Assembly (NCBI RefSeq): GCF_009834535.1
Contig: NC_045697.1
Span: 106,022,001-106,086,000 of the forward strand
Origin: Camelus ferus
Taxonomy: Eukaryota
DNA length: 64,000 nucleotides
Reading direction: 5' to 3'
The translations under genes were made by a program, and so were the position numbers. The notes below the pieces were generated by a model. That model had not been told where the DNA came from, searched no databases, and was given only the letters and a program-made list of their open reading frames with translations. This document shows positions 37,480 through 51,185 of the stretch, in pieces (position 1 is the first letter of the stretch; the number at the start of each line of letters is the position of its first letter).

Positions 37480-38110
37480 TCTATCATTCCTTGTATTCTA
37501 TGGAGTCAATCTTGGATTCTTCTGCCCTCCAGGGCCCCCATAATCAATCACTCCTCAAGGACTCCTGATAATGTCTCCCCATATCTTCTGACCACTTCTC
37601 ATGGTTCAGACGTTCAGACCCTTTTCAATGCAAAGGCTCCTAGTATGTTTTCCTTCCTTTCATCTTTCATGACTAATTCATCCTGTACATTTAGTCTCCT
37701 CTAACCATGACTTAAAATGCATCAGCTCCAGCTCCAGGACCTTCCAAGAGGCCCCATGAGCAGAGAACGCGATTCACCTACCTGAGCCCAGGTCCCTCCT
37801 CAGCCTGAGTTGCATCTGGTTTTCATTTGTTCTTTTTTGAGAAGTTAGCTCTTAGCTGACTTCCTATCCCTCCTTTCTAATTAATAGGTCCAAACACATC
37901 TCATTTCTTGATTCCAAACATAACCTTTTTTGATGCACTTTTAGGCCCACTTTCTTTCCTTACATCACTACTACACTGCAAGCTCCTTCCCTATGAGGTC
38001 TCTATGGCACTGCCATTCCCATTCAATGGTTTCTTGCCATTTATTGCTTCAATTACTTGCATCTTCCTGTTAGCATCTCTGTGGCTTTGGGCTAATGACA
38101 TCATCTCCTA
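37480..38110 (+). mobile_element. Decayed L2
   Basis: 'gagtcaatcttggattctt', 'ttctcatggttcagac', pyrimidine-rich L2-like blocks. Confidence 0.5.
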
Positions 38111-39039
38111 AATCATCAGCTGTTGTCTGTTAAATATGAACAACAGATATATGCACTCATAGTGGGTTTGGGTTCCCCCAGATAACGTGCACGAAACACT
38201 TTGCACTGTTCCTAATAGTGACAGCCATTACTACATAGAAAATATATATATTGCCCTTTTTCTGTTATAATTACAATAAGGTACAAGACAAGGAAAAATA
38301 AAAGTAACTTAGATGTCTGGATAGAATGCCTGTGTACACAAATATATTGTCCAGTAATGAAGGAATTGACCAAGAGTGTGCGAAATCAGGGAGTGTGAAG
38401 AATCTGTGGGCACAGAAAAAGAAAAACAAAACTTGCGAATGCTATCATCCCTCATTATGGAATTGTGAATACTTTCTAGATAGGAATAACGACAATAAAA
38501 CCATATTGAGAAGAGATGCTCCAAGACATATGGCAACGCATTTCCCCATGAGGTAAGGGCGGCTGATGGGATCCAAGAGCTCAGGGACCCCACCAACACC
38601 ACCGACTTTGGAGAGAGGAGGACTGGAAGTGAAGGTGAGCTCTAGGGGAAAGGGGGGTTCCTTTGGCAGCTGTGGGTTGGGTGTATCTGAGGGACACAAC
38701 AGGGGTATGCCCAGGGTCATGGGCATTTACACATATGAGGAAGCACATGGTGGGCTTTTCCTCCAAGCAGCAGGTGTGCTCTTGAAGAGGTGGTGAACGA
38801 GCAATGAGAGTCCACTCCCAGGCCACGCTGGGGCCGTTAGCCACTATGAAAAGGCCACGCTGAGACCATGCTTCTCTTTAGGAGATTGCCTGTTACTCAT
38901 ACAGGAAAACACAGAAAGTAAACGACCATCGGGCCAAGATTTAAACTCAGCTCTGGCTGGCTAAAAAATGCTAAACAACAGATTGAAAGAACAGAAAAGT
39001 CATACGGGATTGAGTCAAGTTGTGCATCGAATCCATTTT

Positions 39040-39660
39040 TTAAAGTTTGAATAATTGCTATACCTGTGGTTGCAAAAGTGGCAATTTTAATTTTGAAAAT
39101 AAAATGTTTGACATTGTGAGAATTTAAGAATAGAAACTAAAAACTGATTATATGAAAAATAATAAAACCAGGAAGTGGATGGGAAGGCAAGGTGTGGTAA
39201 TGTTTTTATCTTGCATCCCAGGAAGTCAGTGAATACTGTTTTGTTCTTAATATTGATGAAACATTTGGAAATTAAATATGCTTCCAGATAAACTGTGGGT
39301 TATTAAATACACAGAAACTGAATTTATCAAATGCATGAGGAATAATAATGACAACAATGCATAATAAAAACCATGGAACCTGGCCAAGGCTGAAATTAAA
39401 AGCAAATTTACATTGTGAAATACTATGATTAAAACAAGGGGTAATGAAGATGTGCAATAAAGAAAATAAAATCTTTCAAAAGAAAGGAGAAATAGAAGGG
39501 ATTACTAAAATTATATACAGAAGTGAATAAGTAAAAGCAAAAAATGGTAAGAATCTATAAATAGTAGAAAATACTTCTATCATGTGTCTCAGAACTGTCT
39601 TACAGATCTTAATAATATATGGAATTATGTTTGAGATTGCCTGGTTTAAAATATTGGCTC
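39040..39660 (+). mobile_element. Ancient L1 (L1ME-like) fragments
   Basis: A-rich degenerate L1-like sequence. Confidence 0.45.
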
Positions 39661-40008
39661 TGTGGACATCTCAAAATTAATTTAAGAGATCCTGTGGGGC
39701 AACTCAAAGCAGTAAGTTTCCATATTTCAATATAGTGAAAACTGAAGACGAAATTTCACCTAAGCTTGAGAAAGATTAAGATGGTCTGCTGTCAAATACA
39801 GGTGATGAGGAATACATGAACTTCACTTCGGGAGCCCACGGGAGTAACTAAAAGAGAAGGTCATAATCCTACAAATGTCCTGGAGCGGCGGCATGGTGAG
39901 TAACTCACAGCCTACAAAATAGGAGAGATGATGTGTGTCTTAACATATAAGAGAAAGAAACTGGCATTTCAGTATAAATATGCAATCAACAATCAGCATC
40001 AAGAACTA

Positions 40009-40496
40009 TGAAGGATGTGAGACTTTATCCTGCTTTCAAACTAACAAGTTTGCCTACTGCAAATACACCGATGCTGGCAGAAGACACAAAGCCCACGAGT
40101 CAGAGACAAAAGACTTTATGACCGTCATGTTTGTATCAGTTCTTTCACCCCAAGTCGTGGAGGGTGCCGTGGGGTAGCCCAGGTAGACACTGTGTACATG
40201 GTGGATTTGCATCACAGCTGAGGAACCTGTGGAACCCTAAGCAAGAACCCAAATCTTTATAATGCACAGCACGCAAATCTGTCCGACCTTCGTGCCAGAG
40301 CGAGATACTATCTTCATTATGCTAGGCAGTAAACACATCTGACCTCTGCTCCAGAGAAGGACGTTATCTCTATCTTTTAAGGCTGTTTGCTCTCCAACAT
40401 CCTTGAAATGATAGTCCAAGACAAAGACCATCCGTGCCTTTCTAGTCCCAACATGTACAGAAACGAGGGAGACCCAAGGGCAATTGTCTCTGAACA
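40009..40496 (-). mobile_element. ERVL-class solo LTR (MER68/MER77-like)
   Basis: TG (tgaagg)...CA (tgaaca) termini. 'ctaacaagtttgcct...gatgctggcagaagacacaaag...gtcagagacaaaagacttta'. Same family as 2563-2870. Confidence 0.8.
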
Positions 40497-41109
40497 CACA
40501 CGCATGCTCTAAATTGCAGGTGTTGACTTATAACTGCTCTGCTTCTTAGACTTACACTGTGTGTAGCAGGCGACAAAGTAAATAGGAGCCAGGATTTATC
40601 TAACAACGTTGAATGGTTCTTCCAAGCAACTCAGGAGAGTCCAGCCAAAAAATCCAAGGGTCAATTATTTGAAATCATTTTTAAGGAAAAAACAATAGCT
40701 GGACAACCTGTATGAAAAATTCTGAAATACAGAAAATTAGAAATTAGGAAAGGTAGAAAACAGATAAAATCTTCACAAAAGACTGAAAAGAAAAACGATG
40801 TTGATGCAATAGATGATTTTCTAAGAAAACACAAGTGATCTAATTTTTTGGCACTTAACTCCTTAATCATTCTGGAATAACCTTTTATATAAAATATGAT
40901 AGAGATATTGATGTTTTAAAAACTATTGCTTTATCAAGTGTCTGTAATAGCTGATATCTCAAATATCACCTATTATATAATTCATCTTTAATTTATTGAT
41001 TTAAATAGAGAAAACCCTAAAGTAAGAAAATAGCGTATCATTAGAGATGGTAAAAAAAAATGGTCAGTAGATTTGATTTGCTATTTTATTACCATTCACT
41101 CTGTGGTAG

Positions 41110-41380
41110 GAGGTAGTGTGGGGCGCCTATTAAAAGTCCAGACCTCACTGCTGGGTAAGAAATCTGGTCACCAGGATTTGAATGACTTGGATCATGTTAC
41201 TTTACTTCTGAACATTTTTGTACCCGAGTTTCACCCACTATAAAACGAAGATAATAACTGTATGCACCTCTTACTAGCATTAAATGAGTTAATAACTAGA
41301 TTTAAATGAGTTAATAAAAGGATTTAAAGGATTAAAATAGTGTCTGGGACAAAGCAAACACTCAATAGTGTTAACTATTA
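41110..41380 (+). mobile_element. MIR SINE with a small internal duplication
   Basis: 'ttaaatgagttaataa' occurs twice; 'aatagtgtctgggaca...ctcaatagtgttaactatta'. Confidence 0.7.
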
Positions 41381-41439
41381 CTTTTTTTTTTTTTACCTTT
41401 TTTTATTTAGCACACCAAAACATAGCAAATAAATATAGA

Positions 41440-41955
41440 TGACGAAAAGGGTAACATATCCAAGAGGCAGAGTATATGGCTTTAATTTATGAGAAGCTTA
41501 CAAATCTTTAAGAAAAAACAAAGACCCTAATGGAAAAATTGCTTACAGACATAAGCAGATAATACACATATACAACTATTCAGCAGAAGATAAAGTATTA
41601 AAATATTTAATATGACTAACGCTAAAAAATGAAAATAGAAACAACCAGGTTTTTTTCTCTATCATATTGCCAAGATTAAAATAGGTACCAAAAACGTGTA
41701 TGAAAACCCTCAAATACACATTACCAAAAGAATAAGCATAGAGCATGTTAACTTCCTGGAGGAAATATGTCAATATGGATCAAATCCTAAACCTTTAAAG
41801 AAGGAATCCAACCACTCTAAATTTATTCCCATGATAAAATCAAATATGTCTGTGTTACATGTACATGTTTATCAGAGTGTTATTTATAACAGGAAAACAT
41901 TAAAAATGACCTGAATGTCCAACAGTAGAGTACTGAGTATTATAGCACATCTACA
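41440..41955 (+). mobile_element. Ancient L1 (L1ME-like) ORF2 3' remnant
   Basis: 'taatggaaaaatt...acagacataagcaga', 'cctggaggaaatatg', 'acctgaatgtccaacagtagag'. Confidence 0.65.
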
Positions 41956-41964
41956 GGGTACCAG

Positions 41965-42140
41965 GTGCTGGGCGGGGACTGGGGGGAGGTGAGAAATGTG
42001 CTCAGGGTACATGATTTAAGGAACCACTGACTGTCAGGGTTGTGCCAGTGCCGACACTGCTCTCGCAGGTCTCCAAGAGTGAGAACCTCCTTAAATTCTG
42101 CTACCAAGGCATATCTTCTGCCTTGACCTAAGCCGGAGTC
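41965..42140. mobile_element. Short palindromic hAT MITE (MER96-like)
   Basis: 'gatttaaggaacc' ... 'gagtgagaacctccttaaattctg' imperfect inverted arms; GC-rich island within an AT-rich L1. Confidence 0.6.
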
Positions 42141-42989
42141 TAAAAATGGGGGTCATTTAAAGTTATGCTATTAAAAATCATCTAATAATTTAAGTTCATA
42201 TTTTTATATAGTCCTAATTCAAAATCCAGGCTAGATAATATTTGCAGAAATATCATACTAGGATAACCATAGTCTAACCCTCATCCTATTAATTATTTTA
42301 CATTTAATTTCTTAATTTTTTTTTTTTTTTTTTGCTATTTTGAATAGTGTTTGGATGATCCTTCTCCTTATAGCTAACTCTTTCTGTATGTTGGAGGTTA
42401 TTTATTTTTGTTTGTTATTTAGGATTGGGATTATTGGACAAAGAATGTGAATATTTTTAAGGCCTTTGAAAAAGTTGATTACTTTCCAGAAAGACTCCCA
42501 CATCCTTACACCCTCAAGTGGGCAAAGCAATTCTCTAAGACATCCAGACATGTCATATCTTCTACTGAAGCTCAAAGACATGATAAATTTGAATTATTTC
42601 CCCAACTCACCAATTATAGAACCTTTCACGAAGGCGAAGACTTGGCCGTACACATTTTTGGTTTTCCTTATGTACTTTGCATGTGTACCCCAGTTCTGAA
42701 GCCTGCTAGGCATTCACTGGTTGAGAATTCCTCAGATATATTTTTTCCACCACAATTTTATAGACTTCTCAAACCTATGAGTTCTTTTTTCTTTCTTTCT
42801 TTTTGACTCTCCTGCTAGCAGCAGTATAAATGGAGGCTGGCCAGAAGTTAAGGGAAGACTAAGGAATCCAGCTGGTTCCAGCAGCTCCTGTGATTCCACA
42901 CAAGTCACAGTGAGGGGGTTGCTGAGAAACGGCAAGTTAACATAGAAGGGCTCCTGGAAGAACTCCTCCTCCCTCCACAGAATGCTGTT

Positions 42990-43350
42990 CTTTTTTTTTT
43001 TTTTTTTCTCTATTTTATTTCTCATTTTTTTTTAATTGAAATACCATCAGTTACAATGTGTCAATTTCTGGTGTAGAGCACAGTGTCCCAATCATGTATA
43101 TAAATGCATATATTCGTTTTCATATTCTTTTTCATTAAAGGTTATTTCAAGATATTGAACATGGTTCCCTGTGCTATACAGCAGGAATTTTTTTAAATCT
43201 ATTTTTATACATAGTGGCTAACATTTGTCAATCTCAAACTCCCAAATGTATCCTTTCCCTCCCCTTTCCCCTAGTAACCACAAGATTGTTTACTGTGTCT
43301 GAGGGTCTGTTTCTGTTTTGTAGATGAGTTCATAGTGTCCTTTTTTTTTC
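42990..43350 (-). mobile_element. Young (camelid-type) L1 3' end
   Basis: Poly(T), then 'aattgaaataccatcagttacaatgtgtcaatttctggtgta...gttccctgtgctataca'. Confidence 0.9.
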
Positions 43351-43911
43351 TTGCCATGATGGCGGGACTGCATGCAAAGTTGACTGCACAGGTGGCTGTT
43401 GAGAATTTACTAAATTACAATTAGAGCAACAGGATATTAAAACCCACTTGCAGAATGACAGAAAAGAAATAGTTCCAACTCATATCCATTGTCAAGGTGT
43501 ATTAGAAAAGGGGGCATCTCTCTGAAATGTTTTCATGAGATCGACCTCTGTGTCCAAGCCGCCATGTTTGCACCCTCAAGTCACACCTAAATGGACCAGG
43601 AGATCCTCTCTTACTCATTTTATTTTCCTTGCCTAGTTTACTGGGAATTTCCGCCTAGCTGGTCACATCAGTGATTCAAGTCTGCTGTTTCGGGCAAGTG
43701 AGAACACAGAATCCATAGTGTCACAGCCAAAGTTTCCTTAGTCACAAGGACAAGGCTGAGAACCCACATGAAGTACCTTGGAGGTTTCTGTGGGTGATGA
43801 CTTGGCAGCAGATGGCAATAAGCCCTGCAAGAATGTGCAGTCAGGGGCAAAATGACACCCAAAAGAAATGGGATCGTATTGTCTTCTCAAATTCCTAGAG
43901 AGGAGAATTTG

Positions 43912-44146
43912 GTTTTGGGTTTTTATTTTCTTTATTTTATTGAAGTATAGTTCATTTACTAATGTTCTTGGTGTACAGCAAAGTGATTCAGTTTTTATAT
44001 ATATATAATATTATACATAATATTTTACATGTATAAATTATATATATCTATATATTCTTTTTCTTACTTTTTTCCATTATGGCTTTATTACAGGATATTG
44101 AATATAACTTCCCTATGCTATTTGGTAGGACCTCGTTGCTCATCTA
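43912..44146 (-). mobile_element. L1 3' end with TSD
   Basis: 'ttttattgaagtatagtt...aggatattgaatata...gtaggacc'. TSD gagaatttg (43903-43911, 44147-44155). Confidence 0.88.
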
Positions 44147-47100
44147 GAGAATTTGTTACTGAGGTTTTGACATTTGTTTTATTTCTCTTTTCCTTTCTCT
44201 ACCTTTTTTTCTATCTCACTCTTATATGTATGTGTTCAGAAGGGAACTTGCAATTAATCCAAGAAATCTGCTTGTGCTTTAAAAAACAGGAGGGCACCAA
44301 CCTTATTCTATAAGGAATGCTAATTAGTGGGCATATTTGTAATGAGACTAAGGTTTTATTGGTGAACACTAGTGAAATTAAAAAAAAAAAAAAAATCCCG
44401 ACCTCTCTTTGAGCAATTGACCCCGAGATAGTTCTCCCTGTCAAGTAACATGAAATTATATTTATGGTTATCAGTTTTGAAATTTAAGCTACCAGCTATG
44501 AACATTTTAGAAGGTTCATTCCTTCTGTCAGCAAATATGATAATGAAATTAATGATACAGACTTTTTTAATTAAAAAAAATCTTTATTTCAAACACAATT
44601 ATGATACAGACTTTAAAAATCTAAAAACGATTACTGACAACAGAAAGAAAAGGAAGCAATCTTAAGCATTTGGGTTCCTGAACATCTGAGAGGTCAGGCT
44701 TTCGTGGCACCTGCTGTCCCGGCCGTGGTGACCACAGTCTGACTATGTGATGACAGACTCATCGGAACTGTACACCGCCAGCCATTCTGTGCTTTGGTCT
44801 CCTGTCCTCAGGGGCCCGTCCCAGGGTCCAGTTGACCCTCGTGGCTGTAGTGTGGGCTCTGAGCCTGTGTTATGAACGGCACGCCTGGCCCATCTATCGG
44901 CTGGATGCTGGAGGCCACCTCTACTTGTCAGAAGTCAGCAGGTAGCTACGTGTAGAAAATGACTGAACCCATCCGTGAAAAGGAGGGTATTCTCCGCATT
45001 TACTTTGTTCAGCGCAGTTCTGAGCCTCCTATTTCCTGCATTGTGTCAACTGCAGCTTTCCCTTCCTTCCAGCCAGGGATAAAGTCTGGTAGTCAGAGAT
45101 CTCCTGACAAACATAAAATGCAATGAGAGGAAAGAGTCCGAAGTCTTGATTCTGAGTTCTCCTTGAGGATGTGAGCACATTTATGCAATCTGGACCTGCA
45201 TATTCATCTAATGAATTCAGTTTGGAAATTTGGCTTCCATCGCTACTTACCTAAAAGAGACGGAGTGCCAAGAGGGTGGCAGCTGAGAGGGGAGGGACAG
45301 AAGGCTAGGGAGTGGGCGAGACTAATTGGTCTTGTCACATAACACAGATTAGATTACGTCTGCCGAAAACGGGGAGGGGGCAGGGGGCCCTGAATCACTG
45401 TTTATACCAGGAAGACAGAAAACCAAGCAACCTCGTGGAACCAGATGCAAAGATAGAAGCACAAGCCTCTTGACAAGAAAACAGGAAAAACTAAATGTAA
45501 GACAATTTAAAAAAGAAAGAGACACATTTTGCTCTGCAGCCAGATAAGGGAATTGAGCACCAGAACAGCAAAGTACAATCTGATCAGAGTTACGATCATT
45601 TCTGAGCATTCACTAAGGCCAGAGCAGGATCTTACCTTGCTAAGCAAGTCCATAGATTTCTTTTTAAATGGGCAAAGGATGGGTGGCATTGTGGGGAGTG
45701 TTCTAACTACAAAGAAAAAGTCAACTTTTCAAGAAATCAGGAGTAAAATGTTTATTACAAACAAGTAACATGATTAACTGTTAATAATTCTTATCTGTCA
45801 AAGAGGAGAGCATCTTAGAATTGCTGAGATAGAATTACTATTACAAGTTACCACATGCTCTACACTGTAAAACTGCGTTTTAAAACAATACTCTGCAAAC
45901 CAAACTTCCGGAGCCCAGGCTGATCGTCCTCTCATTTATTCGTATTACTGAGCTGACTACTGCGTGTTGGCTTAGTGAACAAGACTCTGAAAAGAAGAAA
46001 ACCAATGTATTCCTCCTCTTCCCTTTCTTCCTACCTAATTGTCCTCCTGCTCCATTCCTTCCCCTGGGTCCTTCTGTCTGTCTTCTTTTCCTGAGGTACT
46101 TGGTCCCCTTCTAGCAAATTCCAATAATTTTCCTAAGAAAACACAAGGAAGGCATAGAAAGCGCTGATGTGTGACTCAGATTCCTGTAGAGCGGGGTCGG
46201 TTCTCTAACATTACCTTTTCCCTAGACTCTGGAATGCGAATGAAACAGAAATTTCCCACAGGTCTTTCTCTGTTGCCTCTGGCTGTGGAACAGCGTTAAA
46301 TCAGCCTCCTTGGGTTTGTCTTCCACACGACATCGGATATCACAAACACCCTCCTTATGAAACCCAGCTGTGAGCTAACTAATGGTACCAAAATAGATTT
46401 TTCTCTCCTTTATACTGTTATAACTTCCTGTAAATAGCGGAGCCCTACTCGGCCCCATTAAGCAAATAATCTGAGGATTTTTGCAGCAGGAACTTTTTAT
46501 TTAATGGTGGACCTGGTGTGGCATTTGCATTGTGTCAAATAACTTAAGGCTTTTCCTTTATTTTTTTTTTTTAAGACTTCTAAGGGTTTTCTCTACTTAG
46601 TAATTCTTTTCAATCTTTTCTTTTTCTTTTTTTCCATTCTCGGTTGGTAGATACTCATTTGCTGTTAAATTGTAATTAGTGATATTCATAGAAAGAATAA
46701 CATTGAGTTTGGGACTGTAGTTGTCACACTTAAGTTCTCCACAGAAGTTTCTAGAAGGATGAACGCCAAGGTTGCACAACGCCTGTGAAGGGAAAGTAGC
46801 ACCAACTATTGAATAGCACCAACTATTTTTTTTAACAACAACAACAACAACAAAAAATTTATTTTCAGAAATGGCCTACCTGTGAGCCCAAACTAGAACA
46901 TTTCTTTCTGAAGGGATGTTGGCCAGGGATCCCTAGCAAGGAAGATTATTACGCTTGGTTTTAGAAATGTTAGAAGGTGACTCAAGCCCCTAACTTTCCA
47001 TTTGCAGGATCAGAGATGCCGAAAGGAAGGAACAGGAGAGAGCATGCAGAGGAAGAGACCTGGAGGGTGACAGAGAAAGGTCTTTGGGTGGCTATAAAAT

Positions 47101-47689
47101 CATGATGAAGGGAGTCAGTTACAAGAACCAGATCATTTTGAAATAAAAAACGTGTTTCTGGGCTTCCAGTTACAGAAAAGTCCTGGGCGTGTTAATTCAA
47201 AAATAGTCCTCTTGATTTTTTTTTTTTTTTTTTTTTTTGGTGGTAAATTATTGGAATTATTTTTTTGCAGACACTGTTGCGGGACATTGATTTTAAAGGC
47301 ATCAGAGTTTTCTCAGAGATCTGAGCTCAGGAGATGTTAATCTTCCCTTCCTTGTGGCCTGTTTGGTATCTACTAAATTGGGGGCAGTATTGTAATCCAT
47401 TGCTCTGATAGTCCCAGCTGACTGCAGCATGAACAAAACTGCCCGCCTATGATCTGTGTGGCCCCTTGGTCTACAGAGCTAACCAGAAGTCAGTCCTGGC
47501 CAGGAATCACGTGGCGTTGTTTGTTTTATTTTCCCTTCTATTTCATACTCTAAAATGACATCTTTAGATTCCATTAAAACAAACAAAAAACAGGCTGCGT
47601 CTTTGGGATTTACCTACAGTGATGATTGCTACTGATATTATTGATCACTTATAGTTATGATAGTGAGGTTATCTATCCATCTATCTGTC

Positions 47690-47870
47690 TATCAATTCAT
47701 TTAATTCTCATAACAACTTTTATGAAGGCAGGAAATATTATCATCTCTATATCACAGTGAGAAAACTTACATTCAAGGGTTGAAAAATTCCCAGGGTCAT
47801 AAAACAAGTAAGAGACAGAACCAAGATTTGAGCCCTTGTCATTTTGACTCTAAAGTCATACAACTCTCTT
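47690..47870 (-). mobile_element. MIR SINE
   Basis: 'catttaattctcataacaac...attatcatctct...cccagggtcata...agaaccaagatttgagccc...tgactctaaag'. Confidence 0.8.
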
Positions 47871-50366
47871 GGCCATCCTGCTATTTTAATTGATTTCATG
47901 CTATTACATTGTCATCACTTATGTCTAACAAGGAAAAGAGGCAGAAATTATAAAAAATGTTGGGATGGAATGAGTTATTCTTCATTTTACTAGCATTCAA
48001 TGGCCATGTTCCCATTTCTGGTCACTTGTTGATGAATGGATTCTGATCCAGGTAATGAAATCAGATGAGGTACCAATGGGGTCATAGGATTTTGCTTCGG
48101 TGCTTTTGTGCTAGCATTTACGTGATTCTCAGAGAAAATGTTATCAGTGCTCTGAGGTCATACTTCACAGCTGCATTTTGGACCACTCAGTTCCTGTTGT
48201 TATTTGTCTGAAGAGAGAGAACTTTAGTCTTGGTAAAACTCAAAGCTACGAATGTTTCTCAAAGCAACAACCTAAATGTTAAATCTCACAGTTTCCAAAT
48301 CATCCTGTGGTGAGGCTACGTTGTATATATTTTTTCACACTGAATTTGTCTGTCTCATTCCTTACCAGATGAGTTAAGGCAACTTATAGAAAGACAGAAT
48401 AGCAAGCATTATACTATGAAGGAAAAAGAGCAAATAAGATATAAGGAAAAGAGGAAAAACGAAAAGAGAAGTTGCCTAGATGACAGGATTAACTCAAAAT
48501 TTTCTAATATTTTTTGGAGGGTAGGAAAAATGTTAGATATGGCTCCTGCTTTTATAATCCCTTATACCACTGGAATTCACATTAACAGGGGACTTTTTAT
48601 AAAATAAATATTCATTGTAAGAATAAAAATAAGTCAATTTAAAATATGAAGGTACATATTTTTGATTAATTCTCTTGGAGTATCAATAATAAAACCCACT
48701 AGATAAATGGCTGAACATTATGAAAGGAGAAATATAGTCGTCTGTATAATAGTGCCAATGAGATGATGAGTATAATTTGACAAACTAAAAAATAGAAGCA
48801 ATTTATATCATTCTCATGTCTCAAAATCTGCCAATGTTTAGCTCTGTCTCTGGAAACATAGGGTACAAACAGAACGTATAATGATGCTGGGAATTCTTGA
48901 GGAAGTCATGGGATGAAAACATTGAAGAAATGTCATATCACTTGTTTTCTTTACAATATTGACCAAAGTTTTGTTTCCTCTTGGAGCAATAGACCACACA
49001 ATCAAACTGCACAGTTATCCAGAAAAGGATTGAAGTCTGAAAATGTCTTTGTCTAGAACCAGAGACCTCAGCTGGCCATGACAGACAACACCAAATTCAT
49101 TTAGAGAGAGCGTCCTTCAGCTCTCTGTGTTTCCTACAGCTTTTTTTCTTTTTAACAGAATATTACTCAACATTGAATTTTCATCAGTCCTGGATTCTAG
49201 TTGGCATTTTTGTAAACTTTGAACCATTAAATAAATCATAGTCCCACCACATCTAGACCCCAACAGTACAACAAAATGGTTTCTAGACTTCCTATGCATT
49301 ATTTTTTACATTTAACCACAAAAAAACAAAATTCAAGACAATTTTCTGTTTATATCACTTTGTAACATTTCTGAAACTAAAATGTGCATTAACTTGTTTC
49401 TGATTTGGACTATGGATATTTTCTACAAGGAAATGCTATTATCTTATGGTTGAGAAGATACGACAGTCCAGGAAAAATCCAGGACACATAGATTTACTAG
49501 AGTCTGTGGGATTAGATAAATCAATTAGTTGAAAAAATTTAACTCAGTGATTTTGCTGCTCGATGGATCTGATAAACTCATCTCCTGATTTTGAAAAGAC
49601 TGATTTCAAATTGTGTGTAATTTTACTTCATGTCCACTTCTCTTTAAGAACTGTCATATTTGTTCCCTATAAAGTAAGTGGAAATGCAACATGTCTATTG
49701 GGAAATATCCCTTCAAGTTCTGAAACAAAGACTTTTTTATTCATGATGTGGGCTAATGCTATGTCTGTTCTAGGCAAATATATCAGCGAACTAGATGTCC
49801 TTTCTGGACAGCATCTGCAGATAATGCAAAAATGCTAGAGCAGGCATACATATCTGTGACCTGACTTGCATATTATAGCATCATTTCTTGGTCACAAATA
49901 AATAAAGGGAATGTTTAACTGGAATAAAGACTCTAAGAAAGCATTAAAAATGTTTTCTGATGAGGTAGGCTTTCATGCAGAAGAAATGCTAGATTTGATC
50001 TGTTTCCCAGTAAATAAATTCAGGATCAACAAGAGGCTCTTAGGGAGAGACTTCATCAACTCTCCACAAAACCTGCTGTACATTCACAGCTTCGTGAGGG
50101 TCGGACCAACACCTGTTCTTTTTTAGCACGTACCCAAGCATCTAGCAGGAAGCCTGGAAAAGTAATATTTATCCTATCAGTAATAGTTCCACGAATGGAA
50201 TGAGGAGTTTGGAAGGAGAAGGGAAGGACTTCCCATTTCTCTGGAGGATTTCTCTCAGAAAGTATGCTTCCATTCAGAGATGGGAGGTCCGGCAGAAAGC
50301 TGCCTCGTGGGGAATCTCAAGATGACCATAAAGATCTATACCTCGAGGTTTAGCTCATCTAGTTCA

Positions 50367-50545
50367 AAGGCTGTCAAACTTTTTCTGCACGGGTCAGATA
50401 ATAAATATTTTCGGTACTGAAGGCCAGTCTTCCTCACAACTATTCCACTTGCCTATTATAATATAAAAGCAACCACAGATAATAAAAGACCAAATTGGTA
50501 CGGCTGGATTTGGCTTATGGGCAGACTGTAGTTTGCTAACTCATG
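50367..50545. mobile_element. MER58A-like hAT element
   Basis: 'caaactttttctg...taaatatttt...aaagcaaccacagataat...gctggatttggc...gtagtttgctaac'. Confidence 0.85.
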
Positions 50546-50594
50546 ATTTGGTTACATATTACTTTCTCCCTACTTTCTTTATTTACCAGTGCAC

Positions 50595-51185
50595 TTTTTA
50601 AAATTAATTTATTTTGCATCTAATTTTGTGGCAAAGTATACATAACAAAAATTTGCTCTTTAAAACCATTTTTAAGGGTACAGTTCAGCAACATTAAATA
50701 TATTATTATTTTTGTGTGACCATCAGTCACCATTCATCTCCAGAACTTTTTCATCATCCCATACGGAAGCACTATACAAATTCAACAATAACTCCCCATT
50801 CTCTCCTCCCTCCAGGCCCTGGTAACCACTGTTTTACTTTCTGTCTTTATGGATTTGACCACTAAGTGTACTTCCTATAAGTGGAATCATATAATATGTG
50901 TCTTTTTGTGTCTAGCTTATTTCACTAAGTATGTCTTCAAATTTCATTCATGTTGTAGCCTACATGAGCATTTCAGTCTTCTTCATAGGATTAATTTTTT
51001 AGAGTTTTAGCTTCACAGCAAAACTGAGAGGAAATACAAAGATTTCCCATATCCCCCCACCCCCATTATCAACATCCCCAAAGTGGTCCATTTGCTCCAA
51101 TCGATGTACCTAGATTTATGCATCCAAATTCCACAGTTACATTAGGCTTCCTCTTAATGTTATACATCCTATGATGATTTAGGGA
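50595..51185 (-). mobile_element. Two adjacent old L1 3' ends (L1MB-like 50595-50990; L1MC-like 50990-51185)
   Basis: 'catctccagaactttttcatcatccc...ggccctggtaaccact...aagtggaatcata', then 'ttcacagcaaaactgag...tttcccatatccc'. Confidence 0.85.

Noticed and set aside
39802..39895. Possible + strand exon (cag|GTG...ATG|gtgagt)
   Set aside because: Good donor but weak polypyrimidine tract and stops in all three frames. A non-coding exon cannot be excluded, but such sites are common by chance.
2563..40496. Two same-family LTRs as the ends of one provirus
   Set aside because: They are ~37 kb apart, strongly diverged, and have no gag/pol-like sequence between them, so they are independent solo LTRs.
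43801..43820. Second CTCF-like motif (tggcagcagatggcaat)
   Set aside because: Mismatches at conserved core positions; much weaker than the 30503 site.
46797..46827. Short direct repeat tagcaccaactatt x2 (and similar small tandem repeats) as a CRISPR-like array
   Set aside because: Only two or three adjacent units with no spacers; ordinary slippage duplications in a mammalian genome.
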